From NCBI GenBank assembly GCA_965533305.1, contig CBESWV010000002.1:1-52204 (forward strand): a stretch of 52,204 nt of DNA. Reading direction: 5' to 3'. Positions within the stretch are counted from its first letter, which is position 1, and each line of letters begins with the position of its first letter. The notes under the pieces are model-generated. The model saw only the letters and a list, made by a program, of their open reading frames with translations, was not told where the DNA came from and did no database searches. Position numbers and translations under genes: made by a program. Shown here one piece after another: positions 35,117 through 44,199 of the stretch. This DNA comes from an uncultured bacterium. GTDB lineage: Bacteria; Acidobacteriota; Thermoanaerobaculia; Thermoanaerobaculales; Sulfomarinibacteraceae.

Positions 35117-36040
35117 ATGAGTGAGAGCGGATTGAAGAAGATCGGCGTCATCGGCATCGGCACCATGGGCAACGGGATCGCCCAGGTTGCCGCACAGAGT
35201 GGGTTCGAGACCGTGGTGATGGATGTGGATGCAAGTGTTCTTGACAAGGGTCTCGATGCGGTCAGCCGCAGTCTCGATCGGTTGGTCAAGGCATTTGAAA
35301 AATCCGGTGGTGAAAAGGGGATCGACAGCGACACCAAGGACCAGGCCTTTGCCCGGCTGAGCACCACCACCCAGAGCGAAGATCTCCTCGATTGCGACCT
35401 CATCATCGAGGCCGTACCGGAAAGACCCGAACTCAAGGAGAAGATCAACCGCAAGCTGGCCGAAATCGGCTACGACAAGATCCTGGTTTCGAATACCTCG
35501 GGGATTTCCATCACCCGGCTCGGCGCCGCCTACGGGAAGCCCGAGAAGTTCATGGGCATGCACTTTATGAACCCGGTGCCGATGCAGAAGGGTGTCGAGA
35601 TCATTCGCGGGCTCGCGACGTCGGAAGAGACTTATGAGACCATCGTCGCTCTTTGCCACGACCTCGGCAAGATCGAGATCGCAGCCGAGGATAAGGCCGG
35701 TTTTGCCATCAACCGGATGTTCGTGCCCTTTGTCAACGAGGCCATCCGGATCATCGAAGAGGGGATTGCGTCGGTCGAGGATGTCGACAAGTGCACCTAC
35801 TGCCTGGGTCACAAGATGGGTCCGCTGATGACCGCTGACTACGTTGGTCTGGACACCATGCTCTTTATCTGCGAAGTCATCGAAGAAGAGCTCGGGAGCT
35901 TCTACAAACCGAGCCCTCTGCTCAAACGTCTGGTTGAGTCGGGTCAACTCGGGGCCAAGACCGGCAGTGGTTTCTACACTTGGGAGAAGTACAAGGCGAC
36001 GGGGATCAATCCCGAAATCGTTCGCTACCGGATCAAGTAA
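35117..36040 (+). CDS. hbd: 3-hydroxyacyl/3-hydroxybutyryl-CoA dehydrogenase
   Basis: KKIGVIGIGTMGNGIAQVAAQSGFETVVMDV Rossmann motif, SNTSGISIT and MHFMNPVPMQKGVEIIRG. SD GGGAGG lies before ATG 35117. Confidence 0.88.
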   Translation: MSESGLKKIGVIGIGTMGNGIAQVAAQSGFETVVMDVDASVLDKGLDAVSRSLDRLVKAFEKSGGEKGIDSDTKDQAFARLSTTTQSEDLLDCDLIIEAVPERPELKEKINRKLAEIGYDKILVSNTSGISITRLGAAYGKPEKFMGMHFMNPVPMQKGVEIIRGLATSEETYETIVALCHDLGKIEIAAEDKAGFAINRMFVPFVNEAIRIIEEGIASVEDVDKCTYCLGHKMGPLMTADYVGLDTMLFICEVIEEELGSFYKPSPLLKRLVESGQLGAKTGSGFYTWEKYKATGINPEIVRYRIK

Positions 36041-36042
36041 AC

Positions 36043-36091
36043 GCAAACGTCGCAACCGCCAAGGCACGAAGACACAAAGAAAAACACGAAG
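36043..36091. repeat. CACGAAG/CACAAAG-type short repeat cluster
   Basis: aaacgcaaacgtcgcaaccgccaaggCACGAAGaCACAAAGaaaaaCACGAAG. It resembles 51921-51960 and 52045-52100. Confidence 0.45.
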
Positions 36092-36096
36092 TTCAT

Positions 36097-36129
36097 GAGA
36101 AGGGCCTGGCCATCGGCCGGCCCCTTCTC
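36097..36129 (+). terminator. GC-rich stem-loop after hbd (terminator-like, weak U tract)
   Basis: gagaagggcc...ggccccttctc gives about 14 bp with small bulges, followed by gtggtcttt. Confidence 0.4.
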
Positions 36130-36618
36130 GTGGTCTTTGATGGGATAAGCGATGATCTACGGCTGCCAGTCCGGAGGGTGTTTCGTTCCCGACGCGCGAA
36201 CCGATCGATCTCGGGAATCCCCGTGGAAGATCGCTTCGCTTCTTCCCCGTGAATTCCCGAGGTTGGGTTGAATACGGGGCGCACCGGCAAGTCTCGAAGA
36301 CAACATAACTACTGGGTGAGGGTCTCGTTGTGGTGCGGGCGAATCGTCGATTTTCGAAAGCACCACGCGAGCGCCCACATCGGCGTTCCGGCGGGACGTG
36401 CCATGCACGTCATTGTGTTTGGACACTCTGTCGGTTGAGAGTGCGTCGTCCACAATGTGCGTGCTTGGCAATCCTCGGAGAGGGCGCCCCGGGTGCGTCG
36501 CTGAAGCTCGGAAGCAGGCCGCCGTCGATAGCGGTTCCAGGCTTTAGAACCTTAGAGATTCGATCATCTCAACTTCCTAAGTTCATCAAGCCTGAGCACC
36601 CATCGTTTCGTTGTCGAC

Positions 36619-36647
36619 TTGACAACGCCCAGAGGAGAGCCGATATT
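36619..36647 (+). promoter_or_regulatory. Candidate sigma-70 promoter TTGACA-N17-GATATT upstream of the GLUG gene
   Basis: The -35 is perfect and the -10 matches 4 of 6. It sits about 40 nt before ATG 36688 and overlaps a small hairpin, cgttgtc/gacaacg. Confidence 0.35.
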
Positions 36648-36687
36648 TTTTCTAAAATATGCCAAGAGGAAAACGGAGTGGAGAAGA

Positions 36688-37698
36688 ATGGGCAAGCATC
36701 TGAGGATCTCACCAGCAGTCGTTTTTGCCCTTGTTGGATCCATTCCAGGGGTATTTTCTTCGACCGGTCATGAAGTCGATGTGCCGCACGTCTACACGAT
36801 CTCGACTTTGATTGAGCTGCAAGAAATCAACAACGATCTTGCGGGAATCTATCAGCTCGCCAATGACATCGACGCCTCCGATACGGCCAACTGGAATTCC
36901 GGTGAGGGCTTTTTGCCGATCGGCAACGTTGTCCATCCTTTCACCGGCCAATTTGACGGTCAGTTTCATGCCATTCACAACCTCTTCATCAATCGACCGG
37001 GCGGCGATCAACAGGCCCTCTTTGGGAGGGTCCTTACGCCGCCTGGAGCCATCGAGCGCGCCGTCATCAAGAATGTGAGATTGATTGACGCAGACGTCAC
37101 CGCCGGCGCGCATAGCGGCACCCTTATCGGCTACGACGAATACGCGGATGTTTACACGTGCGGAGCCACAGGGAATTTGGCTGTCAGGCCAAACAATAGT
37201 TCGGGAGCGGGATCCGGCGGTCTGATTGGCAATGGCGGTCGGGGCAGCAACATTGCCCAGTGCTTTTCCGAAGTCATCGTCGATGGAGGCCTTAGGAACC
37301 AGGTGGGCGGGCTTGTCGGCTACCTTCGCGGAGTGGAGGCCGGCACCCGACTGACCAACTCCTATTCTCGTGGCGAAGTCATCGGAACCGGCGGCAAGCA
37401 AGGCAACCTGGTCGGCGACGCTGACGGCTGTGTGGTCGACCGTTGCTATTCGAGCGGCGGCGGCAAGGCGCTTATTGGAAACAATTTCCGGAATCCGGTA
37501 ATAACGAGAAGCTACTGGGACTCTGATACAGGCGCCGCATCAAGCACGCTCGGAGGAACCCCGAAGACTACCGCTGAAATGATGCAGCAATCCACCTACG
37601 TGGATTGGAACTTCGCTTCGATCTGGGAACTTGATCAGAGCTATCCTCAGTTTCAGGCGACGGTTCCTGTGGATCTCATGAATTTCACCATCGAGTGA
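36688..37698 (+). CDS. Secreted GLUG-motif repeat protein
   Basis: Signal-like start MGKHLRISPAVVFALVGSIPGVFS. It has repeated G-G-L-(I/V)-G motifs (GGLIGNGG, VGGLVGYL, GNLVGDA). The tail YWDSDTGAASSTLGGTPKTTAEMMQQSTYVDWNFASIWELD is typical of GLUG proteins. The local GC content is visibly lower than in the flanks. Confidence 0.72.
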   Translation: MGKHLRISPAVVFALVGSIPGVFSSTGHEVDVPHVYTISTLIELQEINNDLAGIYQLANDIDASDTANWNSGEGFLPIGNVVHPFTGQFDGQFHAIHNLFINRPGGDQQALFGRVLTPPGAIERAVIKNVRLIDADVTAGAHSGTLIGYDEYADVYTCGATGNLAVRPNNSSGAGSGGLIGNGGRGSNIAQCFSEVIVDGGLRNQVGGLVGYLRGVEAGTRLTNSYSRGEVIGTGGKQGNLVGDADGCVVDRCYSSGGGKALIGNNFRNPVITRSYWDSDTGAASSTLGGTPKTTAEMMQQSTYVDWNFASIWELDQSYPQFQATVPVDLMNFTIE

Positions 37699-37735
37699 AT
37701 AGGAACAAGAGAGTGCCGAAATAACGGAAATAGCG

Positions 37736-37806
37736 GTGCCAGGTTCACACATTTGCAGATTGTCGATCGACCCGACCGTCGAATATGGAATGTGTAAACC
37801 TGGCAC
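37736..37806. repeat. 18-bp inverted repeat (17/18 match) with a 35-nt spacer
   Basis: gtgccaggttcacacatt (37736-37753) pairs with aatgtgtaaacctggcac (37789-37806). The spacer contains the palindrome tcgatcga. Confidence 0.6.
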
Positions 37807-37931
37807 GATTCCGAAGTAGAAGCTCTCAGTTCTCAGCATCCCTTCCAACTGACTTCAGCGATGGGGCCGGGTGGTCGGGCTGACAGCTGATGGCTGAACG
37901 CTGACAGCTTGCCAGGGGACCTGAGCGGGTG

Positions 37932-38546
37932 CTAGCCCGCCAGCGCGGGGCTGGTGGCTTTCCACGCCGGGAGCTCTTCGATGGCGGCGTACCAGCGCTG
38001 GATGTTGGGGAACTCGTCGAGGGGCAACTCGCAGGGTTTGGCGAAGGTCAGATTGGCGGCAACTGCGAGGTCGGCCAGGGTCATGGTCTCGCCCACAAGC
38101 CAATCGCGTTCGTTGAGGTGTTGGTCGAGGGCCTTTGCATGGCGACGAAACTTGGCCATCGACTCTTCGATCCGAGTCTCGTCGGGATCCTTTCCCATCA
38201 TGGGTTTGATGAGTTTCTGGAAGAACAATAATCCGGTGGCATACATGAAGTGCGACTGTTCCCAGAACATCCACTGGAGGATCTCGAGCCGGTGTTCTTC
38301 GGGCCAGAGCTCCGAGTCGGTCTTCTCGGCCAGATAGATGAGAATACAGTTCGACTCGACAACCGTGCGGGTCCCATCCACCAGAACCGGCACCATCCCG
38401 TTGCGGTTGACGGCAAGGTATTCCGACTGCGCCTGTTTGCCCTTGAAGAGATCGACGAACTCGTACTTCACATCGATGCCGAGCAGTTCGATCACGGTGC
38501 TCACTTTGCGGCAGTTGGTTGAGGCTGGATGGTAGTAGTACTTCAT
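37932..38546 (-). CDS. Glutathione S-transferase
   Basis: MKYYYHPASTNCRKV...NGMVPVLVDG...VVESNCILIYLAEK forms the thioredoxin-like N-terminal domain. A helical GST C-terminal domain follows. Confidence 0.88.
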   Translation of the reverse strand: MKYYYHPASTNCRKVSTVIELLGIDVKYEFVDLFKGKQAQSEYLAVNRNGMVPVLVDGTRTVVESNCILIYLAEKTDSELWPEEHRLEILQWMFWEQSHFMYATGLLFFQKLIKPMMGKDPDETRIEESMAKFRRHAKALDQHLNERDWLVGETMTLADLAVAANLTFAKPCELPLDEFPNIQRWYAAIEELPAWKATSPALAG

Positions 38547-38816
38547 ATGATGCTCCCTCGACGTCCCTTGAAAGGGTACAGGATCTCAACGCTCTCAGGT
38601 CTGGTTCGGTGTTCAATCCTCAGCGCGCACCGGGAGCACTCAGATATTTCCGTGGAGGCTCGCTTCGCTCCCTCCCCGGAAATCTCTGAGACTGTGTTGA
38701 GTTGAAGGCTCTATTCAGCGATCTTGGGTTATTCAGTGCGCCCGACCCCACGAAGCCGCCGCATAGATGATTCGCACGAGCGAAGCGAGAGCGACCACAA
38801 TTCGTCCGACGAATTG

Positions 38817-41051
38817 TTAGAGCACCCAGGCGTACCCGACCTTGGCGAAGATTGTGCGATCGGTCTTGGTGAAGCCGTAGTCCTGGTTTGCGGCCGAATT
38901 GTCCGAATAGCCGACAAAGAGCACGGTACGTGGGTTGAGTTTGTAGGAGAAGAGAAACTGGGTGAAGAGTCCACGGTAATCCGGATCGCGGCCGTCGCTG
39001 TAGAGCTCGGGATTGAACTGATTGTCTACGTACTGAATGACTGCACGGATAAAGCACCTGGGGTTGAACTGCCATGAGGTTTGGAGTTGACCGATGGCGG
39101 TGGTGTAGAGCCAGCCCTCATCCACCTCCATCCGTTCGCGGGTGTAGTTGGGCTCGATAGAGAAATGGGGGCCGATCCGATACCAGAAGCCACCATCGAA
39201 GTTGAAGAAGTCTCCTGGTCGGGTGTTGGCGTAGTCGACCTGGCCGCCGCCCGTGAGATTGAACCAAACATGGCTGTGGCCGTTGGGTTTGCCGCAGACG
39301 TGGAGGCGGACTCGGTTGAAATCGAAGATCTGCCCGTTGTAGCCCTCGCGGACACGGCTGGGTCGGATCACCGAATGGGATTGAAGCGGACCTTCGACGG
39401 TGAACTGGACCACGTCCTCGTGGAAGAGCAGAAACCCGGTTTGGTCGACAACGTGGGCGATCTTGCTCTTGAGGTTGAGCTTCGAATACCAACTGGTCTC
39501 GGTGGCGTTCCATGTGTAGCCGAGACCGGCTTCGTAGATGGTGCGGTTGACCCAGGGCATGAAGCCGAGATCGGCACGGAAATCGGTGCCGATGTCCGAG
39601 TACACCGCCCACCACTCCCAGGTGCGGGTGTTGTGGGTGTAGATGATCTCGGCAGCCAAATCTTCAAAGGCACCGTCCGGCTGGACGAAGTCCTCCACGA
39701 CTTCGTCCGGGTACTCGGTGCTCGAATGGAGCACCTGGGCGACGATCCGGTCGCGCGGCGAGAGCCTGAGATCGGCGTCGATCCCTGCAACCCGGTTGAG
39801 GTAGTCGCTCCCATTGCGGTTGGTCAACAGCGCACCCAGAGTGAAGCGACTGCCCAGGTCGTACTTGTATCGAAGCACGGTGGACAGATTCGACTGATCG
39901 AGGAAGGTGAAATCCGAGCTCTCGCTGCCCGGGATGATGATATTCGTCTGGTCGTCCTCAACCACATAGACACCGATGGTGTGATCGCCGTCTTTGCCGG
40001 TGACCTTCAGACCCCACGCCGGGTCGCGCATCATCCGGGTGTAGACCGCATTCATCGTCGTGTTGAAGAAGTCGGCGCCCTCCATGAAGAAGGGCCGAAG
40101 TTCGGGGAAGAAAATGGCAAACGGGCGGTTGACGCTCAACTGAAGCGCATCGGCTTCGATCTGGGAGAAATCGGGGTTGAGGGCCGCGCTCAAGGTCAGG
40201 TTCGGGGTGAAACCCCACCTGACGGTGGCGCCGAGTTCGATCTCGGGATCGTCGGACTCCATGGGACCATCCGGGAGCTCCTCACGGATGTCGGTGCGCG
40301 ATGCCGTCAGGGTGGGGACGATCTCCAGGTTGCGGCCCGGCGAGACGCCCGCGAAACCCTCGATTTTGTGCGCTTGGCAGCGGTAGCAATTGTTGCTGCG
40401 ATCGCGGGCAAAGGAGCCCATCTGGTGTGAAAGATTGCGGGGATACATACGGATGGCATCGAATCCCCAGATCTGGGGCCCGTCGCTTCGTTGGAACCTC
40501 AGGGTCGAGAACGGGATCTCGAGCTCGGCCGACCAGCCCCACTCGGTGATGGTTGCCGCCGAGGTCCAGATGCCGTCCCACGGCGTGTTTCCATTCATGG
40601 TCTCGATGGTGTCGAGTTGAACACCCATGGGGTTGACCATGAAGAGGTAGTTGCGGCGCTCGTCGTTGAAGGTGTCGAGCACAATCCCGATGGCGTCGTC
40701 GGGCCCGAAGTTGTCCCGGTCCGACAGATGGGCGCGAATCGCGGACGGCTCCGGGTCCCACGATCGAAAACCGATATAGAGCCGCGATTCATCGTGATAG
40801 ACCAGTACCTCGGTCTCGGCCAGGGCCGGGGTGTTCTCACCCGGTCTGACCTCGTAGTCGAGGGTCATGGACCATGCCGAATCCCACACCGCCTCATCGA
40901 GGACACCGTCGACCGAGATGCGCTCATCGACCCGGGGAATCTGGAGAGTCGACTCCACCGCGCCGACCGAGGAAACGAGCAAAAAAACAACCCCGAGCGT
41001 GCCTTTCACCCGGGATGAATTCCGGTCCTTTCGAATACCGTGAGCTCCCAC
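38817..41051 (-). CDS. Outer-membrane-type protein with an N-terminal CBM9-like domain (DUF5916-like)
   Basis: A signal peptide is followed by IPRVDERISVDGVLDEAVWDSAW...TEVLVYHDESRLYIGFRSWDPEPSAIRAHLSDRDNFGPDDAIGIVLDTFNDERRNYLFMVNPMGVQLD. The long beta-rich C-terminal part ends ..FAKVGYAWVL. The family is assigned from memory. Confidence 0.7.
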   Translation of the reverse strand: MGAHGIRKDRNSSRVKGTLGVVFLLVSSVGAVESTLQIPRVDERISVDGVLDEAVWDSAWSMTLDYEVRPGENTPALAETEVLVYHDESRLYIGFRSWDPEPSAIRAHLSDRDNFGPDDAIGIVLDTFNDERRNYLFMVNPMGVQLDTIETMNGNTPWDGIWTSAATITEWGWSAELEIPFSTLRFQRSDGPQIWGFDAIRMYPRNLSHQMGSFARDRSNNCYRCQAHKIEGFAGVSPGRNLEIVPTLTASRTDIREELPDGPMESDDPEIELGATVRWGFTPNLTLSAALNPDFSQIEADALQLSVNRPFAIFFPELRPFFMEGADFFNTTMNAVYTRMMRDPAWGLKVTGKDGDHTIGVYVVEDDQTNIIIPGSESSDFTFLDQSNLSTVLRYKYDLGSRFTLGALLTNRNGSDYLNRVAGIDADLRLSPRDRIVAQVLHSSTEYPDEVVEDFVQPDGAFEDLAAEIIYTHNTRTWEWWAVYSDIGTDFRADLGFMPWVNRTIYEAGLGYTWNATETSWYSKLNLKSKIAHVVDQTGFLLFHEDVVQFTVEGPLQSHSVIRPSRVREGYNGQIFDFNRVRLHVCGKPNGHSHVWFNLTGGGQVDYANTRPGDFFNFDGGFWYRIGPHFSIEPNYTRERMEVDEGWLYTTAIGQLQTSWQFNPRCFIRAVIQYVDNQFNPELYSDGRDPDYRGLFTQFLFSYKLNPRTVLFVGYSDNSAANQDYGFTKTDRTIFAKVGYAWVL

Positions 41052-41160
41052 CAGCTCCTCCTTCCCGGCCTTGTACGGAGGGTTGGCGCAAGTGTTTCAG
41101 TTTTATGAGATTTACCTGATGTTTACACCTTTCTGGGTGCGAGGGCGTCTAAGAGTGTTG

Positions 41161-41190
41161 GTCAGTATCGTGAGTCGTAGGTCGTGACGG
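41161..41190. repeat. Degenerate GTGAGTC-family heptamer array
   Basis: The array reads gtcagta tc GTGAGTC GTAGGTC GTGACGG and lies in an intergenic spacer. Confidence 0.5.
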
Positions 41191-41312
41191 AGATACCGTC
41201 GGGGTGAACTGAGCTTTCGATGGTGTGAGCGGCTGACGTGGGAATCGCTGTGGCGAGGATGAGGCAGACCGGAACCGGAAGTAGACGCACGGGGTCCGTT
41301 GGTTCCTCCTGG

Positions 41313-41345
41313 AGGAAAAGAAGCAGCGGCCCCGTGCGGGGCCGC
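41313..41345 (-). terminator. Rho-independent terminator of the CpxP/Spy-like gene
   Basis: On the minus strand, gcggcccc-gcac-ggggccgc is followed by tgcttctttt. Confidence 0.7.
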
Positions 41346-41365
41346 CGGTCAAGGACGTGGTGTGT

Positions 41366-41905
41366 CTACTGAGGGCCGACTCGCTTGCCGCCGCCGTGGC
41401 GCGGTCCGCCGCGACCGTTGCCGAACAGCTCCATGAGTTCCTGAAGTTCTTCCTGTTGCTCGGTGGTGAGTACCGCCCATGCCTGGGACATCATGTTGGC
41501 GCCGATGAGCTGCATCTCCACGTGGAGCTGCGACTGGGACTCGAAGTGGGAGCGGTAGGTCGTCTCATCGAAGCTGCCCATGGGATAGAGCTCGCGGAAC
41601 TCGTCACGAGCGGTCTGCGCCTGCTCCCTGAGAGCTTCCAGCCCGGGCTTGCCGGCATCGACGATCGCTTGAATCTGGTCCTGCTGTTCCTGGGTGAGAT
41701 CGAGCTTGTCGGCAAGACGCGGCAGCATTCGCAGCATGCCGTGTCCGCCCTGGTTGCCGAATGCTCCGCCGCCGCCCGGTCCGCCCATCTTGCGGTGGGG
41801 GCCGTCGCCGTCGCAGTTGCCCGGTCCCTGCTGTGCGAAGACGACACCGGCAGCAGCGATGATGGCACATGCGGTGATGGTGAGGATGATGTTTCTGGCT
41901 TTCAT
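41366..41905 (-). CDS. Periplasmic Spy/CpxP-family (LTxxQ) protein
   Basis: A signal peptide and two LTxxQ motifs (LDLTQEQQDQI and LTTEQQEEL). It is divergent from a two-component system, as cpxP is from cpxRA. Confidence 0.8.
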   Translation of the reverse strand: MKARNIILTITACAIIAAAGVVFAQQGPGNCDGDGPHRKMGGPGGGGAFGNQGGHGMLRMLPRLADKLDLTQEQQDQIQAIVDAGKPGLEALREQAQTARDEFRELYPMGSFDETTYRSHFESQSQLHVEMQLIGANMMSQAWAVLTTEQQEELQELMELFGNGRGGPRHGGGKRVGPQ

Positions 41906-42103
41906 TTCGAACCTCCTGGTTCTTGCCGGAGCGGCACGCGTTCTGGATCGAACGGCGGGCCGCCGGTGCGGCGTTTTCCTGTCTCGGAATGTACGCCGCC
42001 GGCACCTTCATTGTTGACAGGCTTTGCCTTAGGAAGCATGGTGAAAGCTAAAGAAACGTCAACGAGATACGTCGTCATCAGCGATGTGGGTTAGGATCGG
42101 TGC

Positions 42104-42796
42104 ATGAGTGAGGTTCTCCTGATCGATGACGATGTCGAGCTCTGCGAACTCGTGTCCGAATACCTCGTTGGTGAGGGATTCACCGTCGATGTGGTCCACA
42201 ACGGCGACGGTGGGCTCCTTCGAGCGCTCGAAAGGAAGCACGACCTGGTCATCCTTGACGTGATGCTTCCCGGCCTCACCGGGTTCGAAGTCCTGCGCAA
42301 ACTCCGCGAGACCTCGGCGGTGCCGGTGCTCATGCTCACGGCGCGGGGTGAGGATGTGGATCGAATCGTCGGGCTCGAGATGGGCGCCGACGACTATTTG
42401 GCAAAGCCATTCAACCCCCGCGAGCTCGCGGCGCGGATGCGGGCAATTCTCCGTCGGGCCTCCTCCGAGCCCAAGATGGGCGACAGGATCGGCGTGGACG
42501 ATGTCGTTGTCGATCTCGGGACGCGTTGTGTGCGCGTGGGTGAAGAGGAGATCCCGTTGACCGGGGTCGAATTCTCGCTCCTCGAGGTATTGGTCCGTTC
42601 GGCCGGAAACGTCGTCAGCCGGGACGATCTCTCGCGGGCCGCGCTCTTCAGGCGAGCGAATTCCTTTGATCGATCCCTCGATGTTCACATTTCCAACCTC
42701 CGGCGCAAACTCGGCCCGACGGCTGCGGGCGGCGAGCGGATCAAGACCGTCCGCGGAGTGGGTTACCAATACGTCCGTACGACCGGGGAGCGCTGA
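42104..42796 (+). CDS. OmpR/PhoB-family response regulator (CpxR-like by context)
   Basis: A receiver domain (LLIDDD...DLVILDVMLPG...LTARG) and a winged-helix output (LTGVEFSLLEVL...VRGVGY). Confidence 0.93.
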   Translation: MSEVLLIDDDVELCELVSEYLVGEGFTVDVVHNGDGGLLRALERKHDLVILDVMLPGLTGFEVLRKLRETSAVPVLMLTARGEDVDRIVGLEMGADDYLAKPFNPRELAARMRAILRRASSEPKMGDRIGVDDVVVDLGTRCVRVGEEEIPLTGVEFSLLEVLVRSAGNVVSRDDLSRAALFRRANSFDRSLDVHISNLRRKLGPTAAGGERIKTVRGVGYQYVRTTGER

Positions 42797-44199
42797 TGCG
42801 GAGCCTCTTTCTTCGCATCTTCCTTTGGTTCTGGCTTGCCATGACGGCCATCGTGGCGGTGCTGGTCATCACCTCGCCGTTATTCACGCGTTCGCGTCCG
42901 GGTGTCGAGAAGTGGCACCGGGATGCCGAAAACTGGGCCCGGGCTCGGGTCGAGAGGGCTGCAGTCCACATCGAGAGAAAGGGTGTTGACGATCTTTCCA
43001 TGGGCCGGGGGCATGGTCGGGGCCGGGGCGCCGGACCGCCGTCGCCGACAAAGATCTACTTCATCGACGAAGACGGTGGGCAGATCTCCGGAACCGATGC
43101 GCCGCAGGAGGTCTTCGAGATCTCCGGTCGTGCATTGACTGCGGGAGTGGAAGTCACCGAACGGACGGGGATGCTCCACCTGGTCGCGCGCCCGGTGGAA
43201 GACCCCGACGGGCGCCGCCTGGTTGTTGTAGCGGCGCACCACAATCCCCCGAAATTGACTCATCTGATGGAACCGCGGGCCCTCGCCTTGCGACTCGGCG
43301 TGCTCATCCTGGTGGTCGGCGGTCTGAGCTTCTGGCTGGCCCGCTATCTCACCTCGCCGATGGGCCCGCTGCGCCGCGCCACGCGCCGGCTGAGCCGCGG
43401 GGATCTCTCCGCCAGGGTCGGGGGCAACGTCGGCCGAAGACGGGACGAGATCGGCGAGCTCGCCCGCGATTTTGACGCCATGGCCGAGCGCATTGAAGCC
43501 CTCGTCGGTTCGCAGCAACGATTGCTGCGGGACGTCTCCCACGAGCTTCGCTCGCCTCTTTCGAGACTCGTGGTGGCGCTCGAGCTCGCGCGGTCCCGAG
43601 CGGGAGACGGTGCGACCAAAGCCCTCGACCGAATCGAACGTGAAGCGGCGAGACTCGACGAACTCATCGGCCAGTTGCTGCTCCTCCAACGATTGGAAGG
43701 TGGGGGCGAGGGGGCAGAATTGGTGGATCTCGAACTTGCGGACCTGCTCGCCGGAGTGGTGGCGGACGCCGGGTTCGAGGCGGCGCCGGACGGACGTGAG
43801 GTGGTGTTCGCTCCGGCCGAGAGCTGTCCCATGGTGGGGCGGCCCGAGTTGTTGCGCAGCGCCCTCGACAATGTCATCCGCAACGCGGTCCACCACACAC
43901 CCTCAGATACTTCAGTGGAGGTGGATCTTCGGTCGGTCGACGACGGGATCGAGGTCACGGTCCGGGATCGCGGCCCCGGGCTGGCCGACGACGATCTCGA
44001 GCGCGTTTTCGAGCCCTTCTACCGGGTCGATGCGGCGCGCGATCGATCAACGGGTGGGGTGGGTCTCGGCCTGGCCATCGCGAAACGGGCCATCGAGGCC
44101 CACGGCGGCAGACTGTTCGCCCGTAACCATGATGGAGGGGGCTTGGAGGTCGTAGCGCGCCTCCCATCCAACGGAACCCGTCGAAAGCACCGTTCGTGA
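42796..44199 (+). CDS. Sensor histidine kinase (two TM segments, HAMP, HisKA, HATPase)
   Basis: HAMP region ..GPLRRATRRLSRGDLSARV.., H-box SHELRSPLS, N-box NVIRNAVHHT, G-box DRGPGL...GGVGLGLAI. It overlaps the regulator gene stop by 1 nt (TGATG). Confidence 0.9.
   Translation: MRSLFLRIFLWFWLAMTAIVAVLVITSPLFTRSRPGVEKWHRDAENWARARVERAAVHIERKGVDDLSMGRGHGRGRGAGPPSPTKIYFIDEDGGQISGTDAPQEVFEISGRALTAGVEVTERTGMLHLVARPVEDPDGRRLVVVAAHHNPPKLTHLMEPRALALRLGVLILVVGGLSFWLARYLTSPMGPLRRATRRLSRGDLSARVGGNVGRRRDEIGELARDFDAMAERIEALVGSQQRLLRDVSHELRSPLSRLVVALELARSRAGDGATKALDRIEREAARLDELIGQLLLLQRLEGGGEGAELVDLELADLLAGVVADAGFEAAPDGREVVFAPAESCPMVGRPELLRSALDNVIRNAVHHTPSDTSVEVDLRSVDDGIEVTVRDRGPGLADDDLERVFEPFYRVDAARDRSTGGVGLGLAIAKRAIEAHGGRLFARNHDGGGLEVVARLPSNGTRRKHRS

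Noticed and set aside
36157-36773. ORFs 36157-36471 (minus strand) and 36330-36773 (plus strand) in the lower-GC spacer before the GLUG gene
   Set aside because: They have no SD, no recognisable motif, mutually overlapping frames and odd composition. The second runs into the better-supported GLUG gene start at 36688. They may be a pseudogene remnant, but this cannot be supported from sequence alone.
39081-40430. 449-aa plus-strand ORF inside the 38817-41051 gene region
   Set aside because: It is a shadow of the minus-strand CBM9/DUF5916-like gene. That gene has a signal peptide and a recognisable N-terminal domain, while the plus-strand frame is Gly/Val/Asp/Glu-rich filler.
42092-42097. TAGGAT as a -10 box implying a leaderless response-regulator mRNA
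   Set aside because: The same bases (AGGA, 7 nt before ATG 42104) are more simply read as the SD, and no acceptable -35 lies at the right spacing.
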